5,837 nucleotides of DNA from a virus (IMGVR_UViG_2684622619_000009); one strand, 5' to 3'; positions 1-5,301 are shown, numbered from the stretch's first letter. Made by a program: numbers and translations. The notes: a model not told the origin generated them from the sequence alone.

Positions 1-72
1 TTGACCAACAATATTCATGCCGGATTTCTTCCGGATGTTCGAGGGTAAAGTTCGGTATCAGAAGAGGTGAGT

Positions 73-1128
73 ATGGCTAATGCCTGGCTCAGATTGTGGC
101 ATGACATGCCAAATGACCCCAAGTGGCGAACGATTGCCAGGGTATCAGGACAGCCAATCGCAACAGTGATGGCAGTGTATATCCATCTTCTGGTGAGCGC
201 GTCACGAAATGTCACGACATGTCACGGCGTGTCACTACGTGGTCACATTGATGTCACGACGGAAGATTTAGCAAGTGCGCTTGATGTGACGGAAGACGTA
301 ATTGATTCAATTTTGCATGCAATGCAGGGGCGGGTTCTGGATGGTGACCTTATTTCCGGATGGGAAAAACGTCAGGTGCTGAAAGAGGACAATGGTAACG
401 TTTCGCAAACGGCAAAATCCCCGGCAGAGCGCAAGAGAGCGCAGCGGGAGCGGGAAAAGCTGCGGAAACATAATGCTGATTGTCACGATGAGTCACGACG
501 TGTCACGCATCTGTCACGACAAGTCACGACAGATAAAGATACAGATAAAGATACAGATAAAGATACAGATACAGAATTAAACCCCACACATAACGCGCGC
601 GAGAGTATTCCGACCAGTGAGTCGAATGGTGCGCCGTTGCAGACAGCCGAACCTGAATACCTGGACGGCCTGAGCGAACCGATCGGGAAATTTTCGATGA
701 CTACTGTCTGGCAGCCGTCGCCGGATTTTCGACAACGGGCAGCAGTGTGGGGTATGGCTCTGCCTGAGCCGGAATTTACACCTGCTGAGCTTGCCGCATT
801 CCGGGATTACTGGATGGCGGAGGGGAAGGTTTTCACGCAGGTTCAGTGGGAGCAGAAATTTGCCCGCCACGTGCAGCACGTCAGGGCACAGGTAAAACCA
901 GTCAGCAAGGGGGGAAGCCATGCAGCATCAGGTGGCACGGCATCACGGGCAGTTCAGGAAATCCGGGCTGCACGCGAACAGTGGGAACGTGACAACGGAT
1001 TTATCAGCAACGGAAACGGCCTGGAAGCTGTGGGAGCTCATGGGGGAGGTGTATTCGAACCGCTGGACTCAGAAGAACGGGGCCGCACCTTCGAAGCTCT
1101 GGATTGCCCAGATTGGTGCGATGACTGA
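73..1128 (+). CDS. Phage replication initiator (lambda O-like replisome organizer with DnaT-like C-terminal region)
   Basis: Long ORF (track 67..1128); ATG at 73 sits 6 nt after AAGAGG (61-66), so 73 is preferred over GTG 67. Iteron clusters and an AT-rich repeat lie inside the coding sequence as in lambda O/ori. The C-terminal segment (TTVWQPSPDF...FTPAELAAFRDYWMAEGKVF...WEQKF) resembles DnaT-like domains of phage replication proteins, from memory. Followed directly by a P-like gene. Confidence 0.75.
   Translation: MANAWLRLWHDMPNDPKWRTIARVSGQPIATVMAVYIHLLVSASRNVTTCHGVSLRGHIDVTTEDLASALDVTEDVIDSILHAMQGRVLDGDLISGWEKRQVLKEDNGNVSQTAKSPAERKRAQREREKLRKHNADCHDESRRVTHLSRQVTTDKDTDKDTDKDTDTELNPTHNARESIPTSESNGAPLQTAEPEYLDGLSEPIGKFSMTTVWQPSPDFRQRAAVWGMALPEPEFTPAELAAFRDYWMAEGKVFTQVQWEQKFARHVQHVRAQVKPVSKGGSHAASGGTASRAVQEIRAAREQWERDNGFISNGNGLEAVGAHGGGVFEPLDSEERGRTFEALDCPDWCDD
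201..262. repeat. Iteron cluster A: six GTCAC(G)-core repeats phased at ~10-11 bp
   Basis: GTCAC starts at 201, 211, 221, 231, 242 and 253, all in direct orientation at helical-turn spacing; an inverted GTGAC copy follows at 286-290. Located inside the O-like CDS. Confidence 0.6.
482..530. repeat. Iteron cluster B: five GTCACG repeats phased at ~10-11 bp (putative initiator binding sites of the origin)
   Basis: GTCACG at 482, 492, 502, 513 and 523, directly abutting the AT-rich tandem repeat; this iterons-then-AT-rich layout matches lambda-type origins. Confidence 0.6.
531..575. repeat. 12-bp tandem repeat AGATAAAGATAC x3 plus partial copy (AT-rich, putative DNA unwinding element)
   Basis: Perfect copies at 531-542, 543-554 and 555-566, then AGATAC AGA. 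Encodes a (DKDT)n linker in the O-like protein. Confidence 0.7.
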
Positions 1129-1582
1129 ACAGCAAATCCGTCTGGTGTGCCGTCAGTGCATGGACCGCTGCCGGGCGGGTGAAACGTGGCCCCCGGACCT
1201 GGCTGAGTTTGTTGCGCTGATTTCGGAGAGTGGGGCAAATCCATTTGGTCTTACGGTGGATGCCGTGATGGAAGAGTACCGGCGCTGGCGCAATGAATCC
1301 TGGCGATACGACGGGAGTGATAAATACCCGTGGCCACAGCCTGTGCTGTACCACATCTGCCTCGAAATGCGTACCAGAGGGATTGAGCGCCAGATGACGC
1401 AAGGTGAGTTAAAACGACTTGCGGAACGGCAACTGACGAAATGGGCAAAGCATGTTGGTAACGGGATGAGTGTTCCGCCAGTGCGACGACAACTGGAAGG
1501 GGCGAAACACCCGCAAGGGCCAACGCCAATTGAACGGCTGAAACAGGAATACGAACGCCGGAAGGCAGCTGGTTTTATTTGA
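920..1582 (+). CDS. Lambda P-like replication protein (helicase-loader-like)
   Basis: Translation shows motifs I recall from lambda P: ...PPDLAEFVALI..., ...DKYPWPQPVLYHICLEM..., ...TQGELKRLAERQL...VPPVRRQL. ATG 920 is preceded by GGGG(AAG) 5 nt upstream. Alternative starts are ATG 1040 (GGGAG 5 nt upstream) and ATG 1121 (overlapping the O-like stop). The start is uncertain; the stop at 1582 is firm. Confidence 0.6.
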   Translation: MQHQVARHHGQFRKSGLHANSGNVTTDLSATETAWKLWELMGEVYSNRWTQKNGAAPSKLWIAQIGAMTEQQIRLVCRQCMDRCRAGETWPPDLAEFVALISESGANPFGLTVDAVMEEYRRWRNESWRYDGSDKYPWPQPVLYHICLEMRTRGIERQMTQGELKRLAERQLTKWAKHVGNGMSVPPVRRQLEGAKHPQGPTPIERLKQEYERRKAAGFI

Positions 1583-1615
1583 ATCTGAGAAACGATTTTG
1601 TCGGAGGAAATATTA

Positions 1616-2332
1616 ATGGAAACCGTATTTGACGCACTGAAAGCACTGAAAAAAGCCTCTTCACAGGTAGTGGCATCGCGCCTTGGAATCAGCCGCGAAG
1701 ATGCTGTCAACGAACTGTGGAAACTGAAGCGCCGTGGTGAAGCGGATAACAAGGGGTCGATGTGGTGGCTGACTCAGACTGGTGAAAGTGAACCAGTGTC
1801 ACCGGTACCGAAAGTGACAGCGCAAATGCTGACTGAGGCGATTGAACATCATGGCCCACAAACGGCGGATGAGCTGGCACTGATGTTCGGGATTACCTCC
1901 CGCCGGGCGAATTCATCACTGGCCATGGCAATCAGCAAAGGGCGTCTGATTCGCGTGAATCAGGGCGGTAAATTTCGGTACTGCATACCGGGCGCTGATT
2001 TACCGGCAGAGCCGAAAGCCGCATCCATAACGGAAACGGATGGTAAAGCCTTTCCTCAGCCAGCAGGTGTTGCGTTACCAGTCGGGGAAGCGGAAACACA
2101 GGAAGAAATAAAAACGGAAAGTGTGGCGGTCACAGTGCAGTCACAGCCGTCGTTCACCAGAAAGCATCCGGATGGTCTGATTTTACCATCGCTGCATGTG
2201 GCTAACCGCGAGCTGCGCCGGGCAAAAGGTCAGGTTCAGAAGTGGGAGCGAGTCTGCGCCGCGCTGCGGGAGCTGAACAAGTGCCGGGATATTCTCCGGG
2301 ATATTACCGCCACCAGAGAACAGCAGCGGTGA
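1616..2332 (+). CDS. Phage protein with two tandem winged-helix-like N-terminal repeats (nin-region protein, function unknown)
   Basis: ATG 1616 lies 8 nt after GGAGG (1603-1607); the track's 1598 start is a TTG. Two similar ~45-aa segments ([36 protein letters not shown] and [41 protein letters not shown]) suggest duplicated DNA-binding-like modules. Stop TGA 2330-2332. Confidence 0.7.
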   Translation: METVFDALKALKKASSQVVASRLGISREDAVNELWKLKRRGEADNKGSMWWLTQTGESEPVSPVPKVTAQMLTEAIEHHGPQTADELALMFGITSRRANSSLAMAISKGRLIRVNQGGKFRYCIPGADLPAEPKAASITETDGKAFPQPAGVALPVGEAETQEEIKTESVAVTVQSQPSFTRKHPDGLILPSLHVANRELRRAKGQVQKWERVCAALRELNKCRDILRDITATREQQR

Positions 2333-2364
2333 GTGGGTGGAAGACGTGGTGCCGGGCGGAAATC

Positions 2365-2646
2365 ATGATACTCCGGCAGTGTGCGGGAACGATGAAGGTA
2401 AAAAGCGTTGGCGCACTTATCGGACGAACTGAAGCGGCAGTGAGAACGAAGGCACGGGAGCTGGGCATCAGCATGATGTTACGTGGTGATTTTCACCCGT
2501 CGGCAAAATATTCTCAGCGTGATATTGAGCTGGCGCGGCAACTGCATCAGAGAGGCATGCAAAGAAGGGAAATTGCCAGAAAATTAGGCATGCCGCTGCG
2601 CATAGTGAATAACTACGTTTATTTCGACAGGAGGGTGTCTGCGTGA
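2365..2646 (+). CDS. Small phage protein with helix-turn-helix-like segments
   Basis: Frame open 2242..2646, but the upstream part overlaps the preceding gene out of frame and looks non-coding (G/R/A-rich). Likely starts are GTG 2329 (GTGA overlap with the upstream stop) or ATG 2365; ATG 2365 is chosen. HTH-like stretches: SVGALIGRTEAAVRTKARELGI and RREIARKLGMPLRIV. The start is uncertain. Confidence 0.5.
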   Translation: MILRQCAGTMKVKSVGALIGRTEAAVRTKARELGISMMLRGDFHPSAKYSQRDIELARQLHQRGMQRREIARKLGMPLRIVNNYVYFDRRVSA

Positions 2647-2870
2647 AAATCCTGTATCAGGATTACGGCCCGGTGGGGCAGGTGGTTATCAGCAGTACTG
2701 TAATGGAGTTTCGGAAGCATAACCGTGTGGTGGATGCTGTGCTGTTAACCTGTCCGGGGATATCGGCGAGTCGTGCAGGTGTGTTTATTATGAAGACGAA
2801 ATTATATGGCAGTAAGGCGTGGATAAAGAAGGCGTATCGTGTAGCGTTGCAGGAGGTTAACAGTGAGTGA
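2643..2870 (+). CDS. Hypothetical phage protein (75 aa)
   Basis: GTG 2643 is 7 nt after AGGAGGG (2629-2635) and overlaps the upstream TGA (2644-2646), indicating translational coupling. Confidence 0.55.
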   Translation: MKILYQDYGPVGQVVISSTVMEFRKHNRVVDAVLLTCPGISASRAGVFIMKTKLYGSKAWIKKAYRVALQEVNSE

Positions 2871-3174
2871 AATTAAAGAAATGCCGGTAGTTCGTGACGG
2901 ATATGGCTACTGGACACATCCTGAATATGAAAAATTCTGTGATGGTCGGGAATATATTTCAACGGAAGAGTTTAACGCCTGGATGGAGGAAAATAATCTT
3001 CAATACGTCCTCTGCTTCAGAGATGAAGGATGTGCTGACCTTGATGCGTGTGATGCTGATATTTCTGCATGGGAACCGGAACGACCAGAGGGCGATGGCT
3101 GGTTTATTGGTTCCATTCATGATACGGAAGATGGCCCGGTTTGTGTCTGGTTGCGAAATAAGGCTGAAGCATAA
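2863..3174 (+). CDS. Hypothetical acidic phage protein (103 aa)
   Basis: GTG 2863 is 6 nt after a perfect AGGAGG (2851-2856) and overlaps the upstream stop (2868-2870). Acidic, Cys-containing product; stop TAA 3172-3174. Confidence 0.6.
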   Translation: MSEIKEMPVVRDGYGYWTHPEYEKFCDGREYISTEEFNAWMEENNLQYVLCFRDEGCADLDACDADISAWEPERPEGDGWFIGSIHDTEDGPVCVWLRNKAEA

Positions 3175-3273
3175 AGGCGATAAACCAACTAACAACTAAA
3201 TACTGAAGATTTAAATCAGAAACGATTTTTATTAAATCCTTAACCGGAGGGATTCCTGCACCCTCAGAACATC

Positions 3274-3301
3274 AGGAGGCCGCCCGAAAGGGCGGTAAGA
3301 A
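3274..3301 (+). promoter_or_regulatory. Translation initiation region: AGGAGG followed by a GC hairpin with GAAA tetraloop immediately upstream of ATG 3302 (possible hairpin-bridged Shine-Dalgarno)
   Basis: AGGAGG at 3274-3279; stem CCGCCC (3280-3285), loop GAAA, stem GGGCGG (3290-3295); then TAAGAA and ATG 3302. There is no U-tract, so it is not an intrinsic terminator. Confidence 0.35.
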
Positions 3302-3520
3302 ATGAAACATTATTTAGAAAAAAATTACCCACGAAAGAGCAGAACAACAGAGTTTCTGTTTTTCATTCTGTTTATAGTGTTGATGATACCGATATCCCCG
3401 CTATTACTGGTCTGGATAATTGGAAGGACATTTGAACCAGTTATTGAGCTATATACCGATGTGACATGGGAATCATTCAGCGCACTGCACAATAAAATTA
3501 ATCCGTATAAGGAAAACTGA
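3302..3520 (+). CDS. Small single-pass membrane protein (72 aa) in an AT-rich moron-like insert
   Basis: ORF with a basic N-terminus (KNYPRKSRTTE), one strongly hydrophobic segment (FLFFILFIVLMIPISPLLLVWIIG) and a soluble C-terminal tail. The gene and the ~125 bp upstream are visibly AT-rich compared with flanking genes (by eye, not computed). Stop TGA 3518-3520 sits 1 nt before the next ATG. Confidence 0.6.
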   Translation: MKHYLEKNYPRKSRTTEFLFFILFIVLMIPISPLLLVWIIGRTFEPVIELYTDVTWESFSALHNKINPYKEN

Positions 3521-3521
3521 T

Positions 3522-4079
3522 ATGAGCACTATTACCAGAGAACGCGCGGAGATTAAATCATACATCACAGGCTTCCTGAGCGACTCGGCGCACGATAACA
3601 AGTCTTCAGACAGCCTGCTGGCTAATGTGTTTCGTATCGCGCTGGCATCACTGGAAGCAGAGCCGATAGCAATGGTAGTGCCTGATGAAATGGATTTGCT
3701 TACCTGCCATCTCGACGGTGTAACTAAAACATATGCTGATGGCTGGAACGCCTGCCGCGTCGCCATGCTTCAGGCCGGAAACTTTCGGGAAAATAAGAAT
3801 TCGTCAACCAACAATTTTCGGGAAATCTCGGAAACGTCAACCAGATCTCCGATAACTCTGGATGGCTGGATAAGCTGTACTGAGCGAATGCCTGAAAAGA
3901 GCCAGAACGTGCTTATTTCGATGAATATCGATAGCGAGGCTGGGCCATTAATATATTCCGCACGCTATCTCGGAGGCACGTTCCGGCGCGGAGGTATAGC
4001 AGTTAGTCCGGGTAATGATCTTAGGCAAGCAACCCACTGGATGTCGCTACCAGAACCGCCGCAGGAGGTGAATCAATGA
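3522..4079 (+). CDS. DUF551-like prophage protein (185 aa)
   Basis: ATG 3522 is 8 nt after AAGGA (3509-3513). The C-terminal ~70 aa (DGWISCTERMPE...ATHWMSLPEPPQ) matches my recollection of the DUF551 signature (W-I-s...LPe start, THWMPLPEPP end). Not verified by search. Confidence 0.7.
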   Translation: MSTITRERAEIKSYITGFLSDSAHDNKSSDSLLANVFRIALASLEAEPIAMVVPDEMDLLTCHLDGVTKTYADGWNACRVAMLQAGNFRENKNSSTNNFREISETSTRSPITLDGWISCTERMPEKSQNVLISMNIDSEAGPLIYSARYLGGTFRRGGIAVSPGNDLRQATHWMSLPEPPQEVNQ

Positions 4080-4159
4080 CCTGGCCTGAAGCATTCACAA
4101 CGGTAGGAATTGCGATGGCGGTGGCGCTGGTGGTGTATTCGATTTGCCGCTGGGGATAA
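4076..4159 (+). CDS. Small hydrophobic peptide (27 aa), translationally coupled to the DUF551-like gene; absent from the supplied ORF track
   Basis: ATG 4076 overlaps the upstream TGA (ATGA) and lies 7 nt after GGAGG (4064-4068). Product MTWPEAFTTVGIAMAVALVVYSICRWG is a single predicted transmembrane helix. Stop TAA 4157-4159. Confidence 0.4.
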   Translation: MTWPEAFTTVGIAMAVALVVYSICRWG

Positions 4160-4165
4160 AAACGG

Positions 4166-4194
4166 TTTGCGGGAAAAGGATAGTTAAGTAGAAT
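4166..4194 (+). promoter_or_regulatory. Putative sigma70 promoter of the hok mRNA
   Basis: -35-like TTTGCG/TTGCGG (4166-4172), 16-17 bp spacer, -10 TAGAAT (4189-4194); the predicted transcript start near 4201 coincides with the conserved hok 5' leader sequence. Confidence 0.4.
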
Positions 4195-4198
4195 TGCT

Positions 4199-4226
4199 GC
4201 GGGTGCTTGAGGCTATCTGCCTCGGG
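4199..4226 (+). promoter_or_regulatory. hok mRNA 5' leader: stem-loop GAGGC-TATCT-GCCTC and the 5' partner of the fold-back pairing
   Basis: GCGGGTGCTTGAGG (4199-4212) is complementary to CCTCAACGCACCCGC (4492-4506) with one bulge; hairpin at 4209-4223. The layout resembles the 5' end of plasmid R1 hok mRNA as I recall it. Confidence 0.5.
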
Positions 4227-4243
4227 CATGAACACCAACGGCA

Positions 4244-4319
4244 NNNNNNNNNNNNNNNNNNNNNNNNNNNNNNNNNNNNNNNNNNNNNNNNNNNNNNNNN
4301 NNNNNNNNNNNNNNNNNNN
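4244..4319. other. Run of 76 N (masked or unresolved sequence) inside the hok locus
   Basis: Directly visible. It interrupts the hok leader and hides the start of the hok reading frame. Confidence 0.99.
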
Positions 4320-4442
4320 ATCGTCATCTGTTTAACCGTCATAGTGACGGCACTGGTAACGAGGAAAGACCTCTGCGAGGTGCGAATCCGAACCGGTCAG
4401 ACGGAGGTCGCTGTCTTCGTAGACTACGAATCTGAGAAGTAA
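4287..4442 (+). CDS. hok: Hok/Gef family type I toxin (HokC/HokD-like); N-terminal ~11 codons fall inside the N-run
   Basis: Visible translation 4320..4439 is IVICLTVIVTALVTRKDLCEVRIRTGQTEVAVFVDYESEK, stop TAA 4440-4442. It closely matches the Hok/Gef core as I recall HokC/HokD (…ALVTRKDLCEV.IRTGQTEVAVF…). Start 4287 is inferred from a ~51-aa family length and assumes the N-run length is accurate. Confidence 0.8.
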   Translation, partial: XXXXXXXXXXXIVICLTVIVTALVTRKDLCEVRIRTGQTEVAVFVDYESEK

Positions 4443-4449
4443 GAGACCA

Positions 4450-4506
4450 GGCGGGGGAGTAATCTCCCGCCACCTCTGATGTGTCAGGCATCCTCAACGC
4501 ACCCGC
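4450..4506 (+). promoter_or_regulatory. hok mRNA 3' structured region: post-stop hairpin and fold-back-inhibition (fbi) element
   Basis: Hairpin GGCGGGGGAG-TAAT-CTCCCGCC (4450-4471) with no U-tract; 4492-4506 pairs with the 5' leader at 4199-4212. Confidence 0.5.
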
Positions 4507-4561
4507 GCTTTACCATACTGAAAATGCTGTTTGAATGTTCATCTCTGAAAGAGGACTATGA

Positions 4562-4906
4562 ATGAAAAAGGTATTGATTGCAGCACTTATTTCCGGTGTG
4601 TCTTTTGGCGCTTTTGCACAGCAGGGTGGTTTCCAGGGGCCAGAAGCAGAGCGTTCAACAGTAGCGCAGGCAAAAGAACTGAAGGATGATGCATGGGTTA
4701 TCCTTGAAGGGAGCATCGTTAAAAAAGTGGGTGATGAACGTTATGAGTTTCGTGACAATAGCGGGACAATTGTCACGGATATTGATGACAGCGTATGGGC
4801 CGGGCAGAATGTTTCTCCGAAAGACAAAGTAAGAATTGAGGGTGAAATTGATAAAGACCTGAGCAGTGTTGAAGTTGATGTAAAGGCACTGAAATTATTA
4901 AAGTAA
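4562..4906 (+). CDS. YgiW/YdeI (BOF, bacterial OB-fold) family periplasmic protein with N-terminal signal peptide
   Basis: ATG 4562 is 5 nt after GAGGAC (4551-4556). Signal peptide MKKVLIAALISGVSFGAFA, then QGGFQGP and the pattern DDAWV.L.G.IV...Y.F.D.SGTI..DID...W.G..V.PKD.V.I.GE.DKD..SVE.DVK, which fits E. coli/Salmonella YgiW(VisP)/YdeI from memory. Product is 114 aa. Confidence 0.85.
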   Translation: MKKVLIAALISGVSFGAFAQQGGFQGPEAERSTVAQAKELKDDAWVILEGSIVKKVGDERYEFRDNSGTIVTDIDDSVWAGQNVSPKDKVRIEGEIDKDLSSVEVDVKALKLLK

Positions 4907-4922
4907 CCGCCCCTGCTTGTTA

Positions 4923-4951
4923 AGCCCGTCTTACTGACGGGTTTTCTGTTT
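4923..4951 (+). terminator. Rho-independent terminator downstream of the YgiW-family gene
   Basis: Stem CCCGTC (4925-4930), loop TTACT, stem GACGGG (4936-4941), followed by TTTTCTGTTT (4942-4951). Confidence 0.6.
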
Positions 4952-4978
4952 GTACATTCCGGCGTATTGCCTTACAAT
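4950..4978 (+). promoter_or_regulatory. Possible sigma70 promoter for the downstream two-gene unit
   Basis: TTGTAC (4950-4955), 17 bp spacer, TACAAT (4973-4978). Weak -35; prediction by eye only. Confidence 0.3.
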
Positions 4979-5027
4979 TCGCGCAGTCAGCCTGAACAAC
5001 TGACACCTGCTGTCACCGGAGAATCCG

Positions 5028-5300
5028 ATGACACAACACATAAAATCCCACAATTCTGAAGCCGACCCGGAAATTAAGCAGGGGAGGCGTTTTCGTGCGC
5101 CTCAGTATGGCTGGTTTCACTATCTGTTCTGTACGATCGATGAGGCAGATATGCTTCAAGAGGCGTATCTGCGTCGCGGTGTCTGTGTGGAGCGGAGTCT
5201 GAACGCTGATCGTCTGACCTGGACCGTTTCTGTATATCTTCCTGTTCGTGCACATCTGCCACGGACACATGCCTGCTACCGTCAGCGCGTCTGGAGGTAA
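5028..5300 (+). CDS. Hypothetical prophage protein (90 aa), positionally equivalent to the small gene preceding DUF968 genes in Qin-like prophages
   Basis: ATG 5028 follows GGAGA by ~6 nt; stop TAA 5298-5300 sits 1 nt before the GTG of the next gene. No recognisable family. Preferred over the antisense ORF 5013..5270 because of operon context. Confidence 0.45.
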   Translation: MTQHIKSHNSEADPEIKQGRRFRAPQYGWFHYLFCTIDEADMLQEAYLRRGVCVERSLNADRLTWTVSVYLPVRAHLPRTHACYRQRVWR

Positions 5301-5301
5301 T

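Noticed and set aside
1-48. Possible 3' end of an upstream gene (frame 1 ...LTNNIHAGFLPDVRG*, stop 46-48) and the small inverted repeat CCGGA-N5-TCCGG at 21-35
   Set aside because: Only 15 codons are visible, frame 3 is also open to 80, and there is no recognisable similarity; the gene or its identity (for example a cII-like regulator) cannot be supported from this fragment.
15-215. Minus-strand ORFs from the six-frame track (15..215, 577..921, 1004..1402, 1038..1244, 1153..1752, 1251..1529, 2959..3195, 3473..3766, 4510..4716, 5013..5270, 5074..5268)
   Set aside because: Each lies antisense to a + strand gene that has a clear RBS, operon context or recognisable family signature. Their products are low-complexity or R/S/P-rich and have no convincing RBS. 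Treated as shadow ORFs.
201-575. Possibility that the regularly spaced GTCACG repeats are a CRISPR array
   Set aside because: Repeat units are only ~6-10 bp with no spacers of CRISPR size, lie inside a coding sequence, and fit iterons of a phage origin.
392-580. + strand ORF 392..580 (62 aa) ending in QIKIQIKIQIKIQ
   Set aside because: It is an alternate-frame reading of the O-like gene across the 12-bp tandem repeat; the periodic peptide is a repeat artifact.
1584-1598. Shared motif GAAACGATTTT upstream of two genes (1588-1598 and 3219-3229) as a regulatory site
   Set aside because: By a rough N^2/(2*4^11) estimate, a few exact 11-mer repeats are expected by chance in ~5.8 kb, and the two copies sit at different distances from their start codons. 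Not significant without conservation data.
2819-2826. DnaA-box-like GTGGATAA
   Set aside because: Single 8-mer occurrence inside a CDS and far from the iteron/AT-rich origin; consistent with chance.
2894-3199. + strand ORF 2894..3199 (101 aa)
   Set aside because: Alternate frame fully overlapping the 2863..3174 gene, which has a perfect AGGAGG and stop/start coupling; this one has no RBS.
4194-4243. N-terminal part of track ORF 4194..4442 (MLRVLEAICLGHEHQR before the N-run)
   Set aside because: It starts at a TTG with no RBS and corresponds to the hok mRNA leader (tac/fbi region), not coding sequence; the real hok start is inside the N-run.
4450-4471. Hairpin after the hok stop as an intrinsic terminator
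   Set aside because: No U-tract follows it; it fits the conserved 3' structure of hok mRNAs, and the actual 3' end pairing element lies further downstream (4492-4506).
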